The notes below the pieces were generated by a model. That model was given only the letters and a program-made list of their open reading frames with translations, had not been told where the DNA came from and did no database searches. From Reclinomonas americana ATCC 50394 (Eukaryota), in the NCBI GenBank assembly GCA_048213135.1, contig PS015097.1, positions 326,678 through 390,677 of the forward strand: DNA of 64,000 nucleotides, given 5' to 3'. Shown piece by piece: positions 11,729-27,450 of the stretch. Both the position numbers and the translations under genes were made by a program. The stretch's first letter is position 1; the number at the start of each line of letters is the position of its first letter.

Positions 11729-12533
11729 TCACTGCTCTTCGGTACTGGAGCTGCGGCGACCCCACAGGCGGTACGCCACAGCGCCAAGAATGGCCACGGC
11801 AGCAATGCCGGCGCCAATGAGCGAGTACTTGACAACCTGCGCACGCGACTCGGCCTTGCGCTGAATCTCCTGCTTCTCCACCGTCGTCAGCACGTCCTTG
11901 GCCAGTGCGTTGTGCGATCCTGCGCAAGACCACAGTGAGGTACAGACGACACGGGTATCTAACCCGCGACGAACCATCGCAGTACGGCGGCGTCTTGGTC
12001 TGTGTGTCGAGAGTGAGCATCAGCTACTTCACTCGACAGTCAATCGCTCGCACCTGCTTGCACATGCACAGGTACTTGTCGGGCTCCGTCACCAGCACGG
12101 GCTGGATGCTCGCAGTGGTCACAGTCGAGTGCGATCCATCACAGAACGGCTGCGTGCTGCGGAGGAAGGAAGAATAAGGAGTTGGACGACTCATCACGAT
12201 CAGATGATGCACATGATGCAGATGGCACACCGCACCTGGAGAGTCCGCACGCACACCAGTCTGTTCGCAGAGATAGCACGCACGAGTACACGAGGAGTGA
12301 GTAAGTGAGTGGGGCAGTTGAGTTCGGATTCAAATCTCATCCTCATCCTCATTCGTTCTCTCTCTCTCACACACATACTCTCTCTCTCTCTCTCTCACTC
12401 TCTCTCACACAACATTGTTCCTTGCCCTCGGCGGGAACCGGGGCGTGCGGCTTGCGATCGTAGACCACAGTGCCGGGCTTCAGTGCGGGTGCGGAGGAGC
12501 CTGTTCATGAGAGATGAGAATAGATACACATAG

Positions 12534-12568
<35 letters not shown>

Positions 12569-12594
12569 GCACACACGCAGCTTGACGATGCCAT
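11729..12594 (-). CDS. CDGSH iron-sulfur protein with two CDGSH motifs (CISD3/MiNT-like) and a C-terminal hydrophobic anchor
   Basis: Spliced translation gives WCACGLSSTQPFCDGSH and LCMCKQTKTPPYCDGSH, then YSLIGAGIAAVAILGAVAYRLWGRR near the C-terminus. Exact first-exon boundary is uncertain. Confidence 0.85.
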
Positions 12595-12649
12595 GACTCG
12601 TTTGCGAAGAGAATGCGATTGATGTGGACAGAGGACGACCGAGCTTCGT

Positions 12650-13778
12650 TCACTTCAACACTTCGGGTACGCGGATCTCGCCGACGCTGTACGTCTGCGC
12701 GGTGCCTCCCAGTAGCACGCGATCGCCGTCCAGACGGAGACGAAGGAACGAATAGCCGCGACGCCGCGAGGACTGGCAGGCGCGAACTTCCGAGCGCCCG
12801 AGTCGTGCGGCCCAGAACGGCGCAAGGGTGCAGTGCACCGATCCAGTGGCGGGGTCCTCGGGTATGCCTGGTGGGATTGTGTCAGCATGTAACAAACCGC
12901 ATGAGCAGCAGAGGCGAACCTATCGAGGGAACAAAGAACCGCGACACAAAGTCAACTCCTGCACGAAGAGCAAGCATTTTAGCGCAGGTTCGCGTGCAGA
13001 ACCAGCAGGCTTCCACTCACCCTTGTCGGCGGCCAGTGCCTCCGAGGCCGGGGCGGTGACAACCACTCCAAATGGACGACCCTCCAGAGCGAGAATGGCC
13101 TCCATGTTGGGTTGCAGGCGCTCCAGTTGCTCCTGCGAGCGGACGAGCACCAGCACGTCACGAGCGCCACCAAACACCTGACAGCCTTCCGTGTCATCCC
13201 CAAGGCCCACAGCGGCTAGTGCAGGAGCTGCTTCTGCCGCTGGACTTGGTTCGGAGCGCGGCGGCATCGCAGGAAAGTCCATCCACAACAGGCTGTCGTC
13301 GTCACGTGACACCGTCTGCACGTGCATGTGGTGAGTTCCGCATGCTTCCCCGCTCTCCACCGTGGTCCGCTGCTCACCAGTACGCCACTGTGCCGTGTCT
13401 GGAAGCGCACTTGCGGCCGCGTGTACCCCAGCTCGGTCCACAGTACATGCGCCGCTGCCTGCGTTGCGTGACCGCACAGATTGACCTCGGCGATCGGCGT
13501 CATCCAACGCAAATGGAAGTCCACATCGTCGCGGCCGACAGCCGGTACGATGAACGCGGTCATGGGCATGCTGTTCTCCTCGGCAATGGCCTGCAGAGTG
13601 GCATCGGAGATCGGAAACTCACCTGTGCATGCACGTGCACACTCAGTGGATTGCTTTGGTAATCACAGTCATGACAGTTACCATCGGTGGCAGTCGGTTG
13701 CAGCATACTCACAGCGGCCGGGTTGCCACGAAAGACCTCATCGGCAAAGGCGTCGACAATGACAGACGGCAGGCGCAT
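12650..13778 (-). CDS. PhzF/PBLD family isomerase, paralogue B (altered SET motif)
   Basis: VDAFA...GNPAAV, EVNLCGHAT, DFVSRFF, EDPATGSVHC; five exons splice in frame. Confidence 0.9.
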
Positions 13779-13856
13779 GGCGGATTTTTAACGCTCGGAA
13801 AAACAGACATGACAACTCGACGTGCGACGTTTGCTGCTCATTCACTGCCGCCTCTT

Positions 13857-15013
13857 TCAGCTGACCTCACGTACGCGGATCTCGCCGACGCTGTACGTTT
13901 GTGCGGTGCCTCCCAGTAGCACGCGATCGCCCTCCAGACGAAGTCGGAGGAACGCATGGCCTCGACGCCGCGAGTACTGGCAGGCGCGCACTTCTGGGCG
14001 CCCGAGTCGTGCGGCCCAGTATGGTGCCAGTGTGCAGTGCACCGAGCCGGTGACAGGGTCCTCGGGAACACCTGTGGATCATATCAGCAAGAGCTGTTTG
14101 TCACTGTTGGAGTACAGGAAGAACAACACACCCATGGCCGGGGCAAAGAACCGCGACACAAAGTCACTTCCTGCACACAACAATAGAGAGTAGCGTTCAG
14201 CGCAGGTGCCTCATGCAGAATCAGCACGCTTCCACGAACCCTTGTCGGCGGCCAGTGCCTCCGAAGCAGGGGCGGTGACAACCACCGCAAAGGGACGGCC
14301 GTCGAGAGCGAGAATGGCCTCCATGTTGGGTTGCAGGTGCTCCAGCTGCTCCTGCGAGCGGACGACCACCAGCACGTCACGAGCGCCACCAAACACCTGA
14401 CAGCCTTCGGTGTCGTCGCCCAGGCCCACAGCTGCCAACACGGGCGCGGCCTCGGCCGCCGGACTGGGCTCGGAACGTGCGGGCACTGCGGGGAAGTCCA
14501 TCCACAGCAGGCGGTCGTCATCCTCACCACCACGTGTCACCGTCTGCATGCAATTTTGCAAGGTGGTGAGCTCCGCATGCTTCTTCCGCGCTCTCCACTT
14601 GTCTGCTGCTCACCAGCACGCCACTACATCGCGTCTGGAAGCGCACTTGCTGCTTCGCGTAGTTGAACTCGGTCCACAGTGCATGCGCAGCCGCCAGAGT
14701 GGCATGACCGCACAGATTGACCTCGGCAGTCGGCGTCATCCAGCGCAAGTGATAATCAATGTCGTCGCGGCCGACAGCCGGCACGAGGAACGACGTCTCC
14801 GACAAGTTGTTCTCCTCGGCAATGGCCTGCAGAGTGGCATCGGAGACGGGATACTCGCCTGTGCGCGCACGCAATGAATGACTGACTGCATCCGCCGCGA
14901 TGGTCATCATGGTTACCGTCGGTGGCAGTCGGCTGCAGTACACTCACGGCGGCCGGGTTGCCACGGAAGACCTCATCGGCAAAGGCGTCGACAATCACGG
15001 AGGGCAGGCGCAT
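13857..15013 (-). CDS. PhzF/PBLD family isomerase, paralogue A
   Basis: VDAFA...GNPAAV, NLSETSF, EVNLCGHATLA, DFVSRFFAP, EDPVTGSVHC; same intron positions as paralogue B. Confidence 0.92.
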
Positions 15014-15254
15014 GCTTTCAACCACGTTCGAAATCGGAACTGCTCGCAGGACTGACTGACAACGAAGCAAGCGCAGTTGTCTCCAGTCCACACAGCATCA
15101 AACAAACACCAGTCTTGACGGCGGCAGCAGAGTGTGCGAACTGCAATCTGCATCGCCTGTTGACCACAGCCATCACAGTTCATTGCGTGCGACGCTGCCT
15201 CCGTTGTGACTTTCTCTACGCTCTCCTCCTGCCCCTCACCAATTACAACTATTC

Positions 15255-19006
<3,752 letters not shown>

Positions 19007-19314
19007 TTTCCGATGCGCGAGTGAATGAAGAGAGCGCACGCACGCACGCATGCACACACACAGAGATGCACACACACAAACACACACTCGCTCTTATGCA
19101 CAAAAGAGTGGCAAGCAGCGTTGCACTCACTCACCATTCGCGACACTCAAATTCACGCTCGACAAAGCACACACTCGCACGCACACACACGCAAAGACGC
19201 AGAGAGAAAGCGAGCGCACACAAGAGAGCACAAGCAACCGCGGAACAACGCAATGTGGCGATGATGAAAAACGCGATGTCGACCGAGTGACGGAGTGGAC
19301 GGTCGATTCAGCCA

Positions 19315-19751
19315 ATGTCACAAGGTGCGTGCTCACGTTCTCTCCACGTGTGTGTGCCTCTTGCTGTCTCTCACACACGTGCAGAGTTGTTTCCTGTGCC
19401 GCCTGAGCTGCTGGCATTCAGCGATCCATCGGTGAGCGCGCTCTTCTCTCGCTTGCTGTGTTGTCAACTCGCCCGCGCTCACGTGCAGCACACAGTGGAT
19501 CCCGCACCCGTTTCCCACAGACTATGGACTCGTGAGACCGGTTCGCACACACATACACGCACTCTTCTCTCTCTCCCTGACGACCATCACAGTTGCGGAT
19601 TGTGCGCGTGCGACCGCCGACACCGCCAATGGAGTACGCGCCCGCCGACTTGCAGTCCTCCGGCGGCGTCTGCTACATCAACGAGCGCCAGTACGCACGC
19701 ATCATTGCGCGTCGCAACTATCGCCCTCCACCACGATCTGCACGACGATAA
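19315..19751 (+). CDS. Small (about 83 aa) protein carrying an NF-YA/HAP2-like subunit-association helix but no DNA-binding subdomain
   Basis: Exons 19315-19324, 19385-19431, 19496-19531, 19593-19751 with GT..AG introns of 60-64 nt give MSQELFPVPPELLAFSDPSWIPHPFPTDYGLLRIVRVRPPTPPMEYAPADLQSSGGVCYINERQYARIIARRNYRPPPRSARR*. Not in the ORF track. Confidence 0.62.
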
Positions 19752-19754
19752 TGT

Positions 19755-19992
19755 TCACTCGAGGAGGAAGAGTCGCGAGGAGATGTCGGCGACGATCCAG
19801 TCGATGCCGTCGGCGAGGCCGTCGCCCGTGACGGCACTGCACGGCACAATGTGCCAATGTCTGCTGCCACTGACCGCGCTCTCTTGCAAGCCGAGTGCCT
19901 CGGCGATCTCGTCGCTCGACAGCGCGCCACTCAGGTCTTGCTTGTTGGCAAAGATGAGCAGGGAGGCGCCGGCGAGTTTCTGCGCAAGGAGG

Positions 19993-20031
<39 letters not shown>

Positions 20032-21156
20032 TGAGTAAACATGCGGGGGCAGAAGGAACTGGCACAACACAAGAGCGAGAGGGACAAGGACACTGGCACA
20101 TCACTCACAAGCAAGCGAGGGTGCAACGAAGAGAGATTGACATCGAGAGAGAAGTAAGAGAGGGACAAGGACACTGGTACATCACAGAGTGGCACTCACA
20201 AGAGAGTAAGAGAGTGAGGGTACACCGAAGAGGGAAGGATCCTGATACTACCACGCCTTGGGTTGACGCGAGAGAAGAAGCACAAGGACGCTGGCAATCC
20301 TCTTACGAGCGAGGGCACAACGAAGAGAGAGACAAGGATCCTGATGCTGCCACGCCTTGGGTTGACGCGAGAGAAGAAGCACAAGGACGCTGGCAATCCT
20401 CTTACGAGCGAGGGTACAACGAAGAGGGAAGGAGCCTGATGCTACCACGCCTTGGGTTGACGCGAGAGAAGAAGCACTAAGACGCTGGCAGTCCTCTTGC
20501 AAGCGAGGGTGCAACAAAGAGAGACAAGGATCCTGATACTTCCACGCCTTCCGCTGAACACGGGAGAGAGACGCACCTCCTCCTTGAGCAGATTGTGCAG
20601 CTCCTCGCGACAATCCTGCAGGCGCATACGATCGGCCGAGTCGACGACCCACACCAGACCATCAGTCTGCTCAAAGTAGTTGCGCCAGTATGAGCGGATA
20701 GTCTGCTGACCGCCCACATCCCACACATTCAGCTTGAAGCTGTGCACCAAGCAAGTCAGTGCGTGTGCGATCATTGAAGACAACTGACGCGCGCACGCGC
20801 ACGCAAGATCGTACTTTTTGTATTCCAGTGTCTGGTGGTGGCAAAAGGTGAGTGAGTACGTGAGTCAATGAGTGTTTACAACAAAAGAAGAGTGGAGGGG
20901 AGAGTGGATACCTTGATGTTGAAGCCGAGTGTGGGTGAGATGGTGTCAATGGGCTCGCCGTTGAACTTCTTCACACATGTTGTCTTGCCTGCGTTGTCCA
21001 GACCACTGCCGACATAACACACAGAGAGTGTGAGAGATGAGAGGAGGGGTGTTGCGCTGGTGCGCGCGAAAACACAATGATCGTACAGAACAGCATGAGC
21101 AGGCGCATTTCCTTTTCTTTTTGCTTGAGCTTCTTGAGGATGGTGAGGAGTCCCAT
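19755..21156 (-). CDS. ARL2: ADP-ribosylation factor-like GTPase 2
   Basis: [60 protein letters not shown]; includes a 17-nt micro-exon (TLEYKN). Confidence 0.97.
20215..20550. repeat. Intronic minisatellite in ARL2, about 3.3 copies of a 95-99 bp unit
   Basis: Unit GGATCCTGAT..CCACGCCTTGGGTTGACGCGAGAGAAGAAGCAC.AGGACGCTGGCA.TCCTCTT..AGCGAGGG starts at 20237, 20336, 20431 and (partial) 20528. Confidence 0.9.
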
Positions 21157-21322
21157 GGTTGCTATACACACACGCACTCGCACACTGAAGACAGACGGCA
21201 ACTGAAGAACGATCGGCGGGACATTGCATCATTGCAGGACTTGCCACCATCGTGCCTTTTTCCATCGTTGCTTTCATTACACACACATAGTTTCACCTGT
21301 TTTTTTCTTTTGCGCCTTCTTT

Positions 21323-23378
21323 TCACAATCCATCCTCGCGATACTCCTCCACCAAACGTCGCAGGCGATGTACGCTTCCTGGTCTTTGCTTGGGCACAGG
21401 AGCGTCGGCGACAGTCGCCAGCGGTGGAGTGGGCTTGCGTTGTGGTGAGCGGGAGGGACGACGGGTCGAGTGTGGTGGAGGTGGCGTGCCTGGCGGCTTG
21501 GGAGCGGACGCCGAGGCACCGGCACCGTAGATGGTCGAGGGCGGCGATTGTGGCGGTGAGGGTGACTCGGCCACTCGATCGTCGGGCACTGGCGGCCGTG
21601 TGGCACGGGCGAGTGGGGGAGCCACCGCGGCGACTGCATCTGAGCGTTGTCGCAGGAGGTGAGTGGAAAGAGCCGGCATAAAAAATGAAACAACACAAGA
21701 AAACACCGACCTATCCGTCGATTGCTGACGGTTGGTAGCCTCTCCACAAACTCCCGCTGCTGCGCCTCCTCCCACTTGCTCTGTCGTACGCACAAGGATC
21801 AGCAGAATGTTTCGGCTGTGATGACGTGATGCAACGGCGCACACCTGCAACGTGGACTCGAGTTCACGCATCTCCTGCAGTGTTGGCTCGGCGTCCTCAT
21901 CGGCCTCGACCCTATCCCTGAACTCAATCTCCTTCTCGATGCACTCTTGCACAAACTCAATGTCCTCCATCAGCGTTCTCCTCTCGTCCTCAAAAGCCAC
22001 CCGCAGCGTGTTGACAGCCTGCTGGATCTTGTCGACAGTGAGGTGGTCGCGCAACTGTGTGAGGGGAGGAGAGATCGTCAGGCACGCTTTGTGTTGCGTC
22101 GACGATTCACTCGCGCAGTGACGCACATCGGCCAGTGTTTCCCGCTGTGAGTGACTGGTGGCGGCGCGCGGTGTGTCACGTTCCGTGCCTGTGCGACACA
22201 AACAAAGAATGGAAGTGAGCAAGTAGTGCACGGCAGGCATGCTGCGTGTCGGCTCCGGGACTCACCGCTCAGTGCGGGCGCCGAATCCGGACGGGCGGAC
22301 CGTGGTCTCGCGGTGGAGGGGCGTGAGGGGGGTGATTTGCTGGGTGTCTCGTCGCCCAACACGAATTCCACTGCGCGGAAAGAGAGGGAAAGTCAGGAAC
22401 AGGAGAAGGGGGAAAGGGCGAGGAAGGGGAAGGGGAAGGGAGGGAAGGGAGGAAAGAGGGACAACGAGCTGGAAGGATGATGGAAGCAAGAGGAGGAGAA
22501 CAGGGGGAAGAGGGAGAAGGGTGGAGGGAGGCAGGAAACTGGATTAAAGATGAGCACGTGGCGACTGAGCGAAGCAGAGAGTGCGCGGAGAGAGAGAGAG
22601 AGTAAAGAAAGAATAGAGGGTGAGTGCAACGGAAACAGAGAATGCAAGAGGGACCAAGAGAGAGATAGGAACGGGAGCAAGACGGAGACTGAGTGTGAAG
22701 AACGAGGTGCGAGAAACGTGCATAAAAGAGAAGGGACACGCAGGGAAAAGGTGACTGAGTGTGCAGCAGAAGGTGAGAGCATCGTGTATGCATGAGTGAG
22801 AGAGGTACCCAGAAGAAGGTGAGACAGAGAGAAGCGACGTTGGAGACAGCGAGCAGCAGCTGGAGAAAGCGACTTGTAGAATACGAAACAGACAGCCTGC
22901 TGGCGTGGCGTCTCTGGTCTCAACAGCTGCTCCACCGGCTTTCCCTTCTGCGCTCGCGACAATCACAGAGTGAGTGCGCCAGACGCAAGTGCGGGAGGAA
23001 CAGGGCGGGTGGATGCACCTTTTGAAAGTTCTGCACCAAAATCTTGATCTCGTGTCGCAGGTACTGCTGCACCGGACCACGTGTGTTCAGGAACGACCGA
23101 GTGTTGCGTTTCCTTTCTCTGCGCACGTGCGAGGATCGTGAGTCGAGAGAAGCAGAGAGATAATCAGAGTGACGCAAACCGTTGCAAGTCAATCTCCTCG
23201 CGAAAGCCCGCCAGGATGTCCAGCAGCGCCGTGAGTTCCTCGAATAGTGACTGCGAATGGCGGGAGAATGAGAGGGAGAGAGAAGGAAGAGACAAGAGGT
23301 TATTTGTGATCTTACTCCATGTTGTCACTCTTCGCACAATCACGCACGCATGTCTTTCTACTGCTGCTGTTGTGACGC

Positions 23379-23429
<51 letters not shown>

Positions 23430-23532
23430 CTCAATCGCTCTCATCTGTGATCTTTCAGCTCTCTGCTCATCTTCTTCTCTCATCCTTCTGTTTATTCTCA
23501 CGCCATACTCATACTTCGGAGAGCTGGAGATG

Positions 23533-23563
<31 letters not shown>

Positions 23564-23853
23564 CGCAGGAGGAAGAGAAGAGAGTGCTTGTGAGATGTAA
23601 AGAGGACATGAGTGCGATTGAGAGAGAGAGAGCAAAGGAGGCGTCCGTAGCGTCTCTCTACTTTCTCCTTCTATTCTCCCACTCTCTTTCTCTCTCTCTC
23701 TCTCACAGACACATTCTGGCGTGTCAAATAGACAGAACAGGAAGAGGAAGTGGATGTGTGACGAATGATAAAGAACGCGATTGAGAGAGAGAGAGAGCAA
23801 AGGAGTCGTGCGTGTGTGTGTGCGTCTCTCTCCCACCCTTCTCCTTCTATTCT

Positions 23854-23884
<31 letters not shown>

Positions 23885-23991
23885 ATTCTCACGTTCAGAG
23901 AGAGAAAGAGAGCAGCAAGATGAAAAGCGAGATGTGAAGGATAAAGAGGACACGAGTGCGATAGAGAGAAGGCAGAGAAGGCGTGTCTGCC

Positions 23992-24023
<32 letters not shown>

Positions 24024-24351
24024 TCTCTCTCTCTCTCCCTCTCTCTCACACCCTTCTCCTCCCCTCTCCTCCCTCCCCCTTCTCCCTCTCCCCACCACTC
24101 ACCTCATTCTCCGCCAACAACTTCCCGCCAATCGCCCTCCGCACCTCCGCCCTCTCCGACACCGGCACATCACTCTCCAGCACATTCCACAGCAGCTCAT
24201 GCGCATCGCGAAACGCCAACAGCGGCACCACATCCTCCAACACCTCACTCGACGACGACACAGACGACCGCCCAGACACAACCTCACTGCCTCCTTTTCC
24301 AACAGCAGCGTCACCAGACCACGACGAGATGCGCATGAGACTCGTCGCCAT
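21323..24351 (-). CDS. CCDC24-like coiled-coil protein
   Basis: LLWNVLESDVPVSERAEVRRAIG..ENESLFEELTALLDIL; LRHEIKILVQN; HLTVDKIQQAVNTLRVAFEDERRTLMEDIEFVQECIE..EPTLQEMRELESTL resemble CCDC24 conserved blocks. Confidence 0.7.
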
Positions 24352-24491
24352 CTCTCTCAACGATCAAAGTGACTGGACAATGCAACTGCCGCGAGCCTCG
24401 TCTGTCCCTCATCGACCGTCCTTCGTTGCATTGTGTTTCGTTGCTGCGCCGCCTTCCCTTTGTTGTTGTTGTTGCGATCCGCCGCCCAAAA

Positions 24492-27073
24492 ATGGATGTT
24501 GATATGGATGATCGCTCACCGTGCGGAGCGGCTGCGGAGTGCTCGCGGGTGGATCTTGCGAAACGAGCGTCGTCTTGCGCACGAGGTACTGTGCGTGTGT
24601 GTGCGCTCTCTCCTTGTTGCTCTCCCCTCGTGCTTGTGATCATGCGCGTGCATCGTTGTGTTGCTTTCGTTGTTGGTAATGATGAATGCTGTTGTTTCTC
24701 CCGATGCGCACTGGCTCTCTCCTGCTGCCCTCTCGTTCTTCCTTCTCTGCGACGTGTGATCACACACGCGATTCTTTCTTTGCTCTCTTCGTCGTCCGAG
24801 TGCGTGAGTGTCGTGTGTTGGTGCTGATGTACATCTGCACCTCGCCGCACAGACGTGACCATGATTGAGAGCGCGGCGCTGAGCGAGCCAATGGCCTCGT
24901 TGCACGAGAGCGCCAACAGCTCTGTGTACACGGCGCTGGTGCAGGCGAGTGCGCTGCGGAGAGCTGATGATGACGATGATGATGATTGTGCGACAGTGGC
25001 GGTGGTGGTGAAGCGTGTGCGCATCACCGATCAGGATTCGCTGAGGCGGTATCGTGCGGAGGCTGCGCTGCTGTCGGGTTGCGACCATCCGGGAATCATT
25101 CGGCCACTGGCGGTTGGTGTTCTCGGAAGATTTTTTCCCTCGTCAATCGTTGACTGCTGCTGATTGCCTGGTGATTGCGCAGATTTGCTCGTCGCCGCCG
25201 ATGTATGCGTTGGTGTTGCCGCGTGCGGAGCACGGCAGCCTGTTTGCGGTGCTCCATGACCCGGTCTCACCGCCGCTCTCGTTCCCACTGGCGCTGGCGC
25301 TGGCCGTCGATGTGGCGCGCGCTTTGGCGTATCTGCATGACACAGTGGGCGTGCTTCATCGCGACATCAAGCCCGCCAACGTTGCGTCTCCCATTTCTCG
25401 TCGTGCTTCCCATCTCCCCTCTCATTGCCTGTTTTCCGTGGTCAGATTCTGGTGGATCACGAGTGGCGCGCGATGCTGACCGATTTCGATTGGGCCGAGC
25501 GCATCGACAAGGTGGCGGCGGCGGAGGAGGAGCGTAAAGCCGCGCTGCGCAACGGTGGAACGGCGGCCAAGCGTGCGGCGTGTTCACGGCCCAGTGGTGG
25601 CTTCCACAAGGCCTTCATGATTGGCACACTGCCGTACATGGCGCCCGAGTTGCTGCGAAAGGAGCTGTACACGCCGGCGGCCGACGTCTACAGCGCCGGG
25701 ATTACGTTGAACGAGTTGGTGACGGGCTGCATTCCGTACTCTGATGTGCGCTCCACCACGGTGCAAATGCACACCGTGCTGGAGGCCAACTACAGCGAGG
25801 CCTCGCTGACGGCTGCCATTTGTGCGGAGGGTGTGCGACCACGACTGCCCGACGCCTCCTCGGGGTGCCCCGACGAGTTTCGCGACTTGGTGTGTCGCTG
25901 CTGGTCGGCCGACAAGAGCAAGCGACCATTGGCGCGACAGCTGGTGGACGAGCTCGAATCCATGGCGCGCCAGCACGGCATCGAGTTGTCCACTGTCGGC
26001 CGTGCGCAGTATGCCGCCGAATGTGCTCTCATGGCGCACGCTCCCGCCACACCTGCCTCAGTGCCGCTGCCACTCGACGCAGTTGCCGACGTGGTGGTGC
26101 GCATGCGTTGTAAACTTCCACCGAACAAGTGTGCTTTCTGGTGCTGTGCTCATATCAATTTTTGTGTCGGCAGATGCGACGAAGCGACGACGATGATGAT
26201 GACAGCCGGCTGCTGTCATTAGATGAGTGTGTTGCACGCGTGCAACACTCCAGTTCGCCCCTCTACAGACCACTGGTGCACGGAGGTGCGTGCGACACGG
26301 CAGGTCGCCGTGGCGTCGACTGCATGGAGGACCGCAATGTGGTGGCCAACAACTTTGACGGTGCACCACACGTGCACATGTTTGGCGTGTTTGACGGGCA
26401 CGGTGGTGCCGAGGCTGCCACACATGCTTCCGTGCATTTGACTCGTGTCGTGGGAACGTTGCTTCGTGCGGGATTGCAGCCTGCCGATGCACTGCGCCGT
26501 GCGTTTGTGGAAGTGGACGCGCGGTTCTTGGACTGGGCATCGCTGTCGTCAAACAACGCCGGTTGCACGGCCTTGCTGACGCTGGTGATGGGCAACGTGC
26601 TGTACGTGGCCAATGCGGGCGACTGCCGCGCAGTGTTGAGTCGTGCTGGACAGCCGGTGGTGCTCACCACGGATCACGTGGCGGAGAACACACACGAGCG
26701 TGCGCGAGTGGAGAGCGCCGGCGGTTGCGTGTCTCGCACGGCGGACGGAAAGCTGCGCGTCGACGGAATCATTCAGGTGACCCGGGCGCTCGGCGACCGC
26801 CAACTCAAATCACGCGGTCTCTCGGCCGAACCCGAAATCACCACCGTGGAGCTCACGGAGAACGACGAGTTTTTGGTGCTGGCCACTGACGGAGTGTGGG
26901 ACGTGCTGTCGCCGGAGGTGGCGTTGCACCTCGTGCGAAGCACCGTGAAGCACGCCGACTACGGACCGAAGCGCATCGTGGCCGAGTGTTTCACACGTGG
27001 CAGCACCGACAACATCACCGCACTGGTGGTCTATTTGCAGGGCGAAAGGGGCTTTGAGGTGATGTCCGAGTGA
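24492..27073 (+). CDS. Protein kinase-PP2C phosphatase fusion protein
   Basis: Kinase: VVVK, HRDIKPAN, DFD, PSGGFHKAFMIGTLPYMAPE, DVYSAG. PP2C: MEDR, FDGHGG, ANAGDCR, VTRALGD, LATDGVWD, GSTDN. Confidence 0.92.
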
Positions 27074-27450
27074 AGAATTTATTGCCCTACATACGCGCAC
27101 TCTACGGCGATGGGAGATCACAGTGGATTGCCAACATCAATGGTGTGCGATTTGCGCAGCATTTCTATCACCGATGGCAACGATGCAAGGTGCTCATCGC
27201 TGCGATATTTTCACTCGGCAAGCCTCGACGCAGTCGTTGGCTGTGTTTGCAAACAGCTCGGGAGACCCACGCATCCGCATGGTGATCACGACTATTTCTG
27301 CCCGTTTCCGACCGTTTCAGAATTCACATACATTGCTGCGCGGTGCGGCGCGCGCGAAATCATTATCAAAAAGTACGACCGTTTCTGACCGTTTCAGTGT
27401 TCTCTCACAATTTGCATTGATTTGCGAGCGCAAACAACCTGCTTCTTTCC

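Noticed and set aside
12650-13778. PhzF copy B as a pseudogene
   Set aside because: All exons splice in frame with intact GT-AG sites and a normal stop.
20215-20550. Regularly spaced repeats resembling a CRISPR array
   Set aside because: Whole ~97-bp units repeat with no unique spacers; they lie in a spliceosomal intron and there are no cas genes.
22055-22090. Apparent 33-nt GC-AG intron in the CCDC24-like gene
   Set aside because: A canonical upstream GTGCGT donor gives a normal 72-nt in-frame intron.
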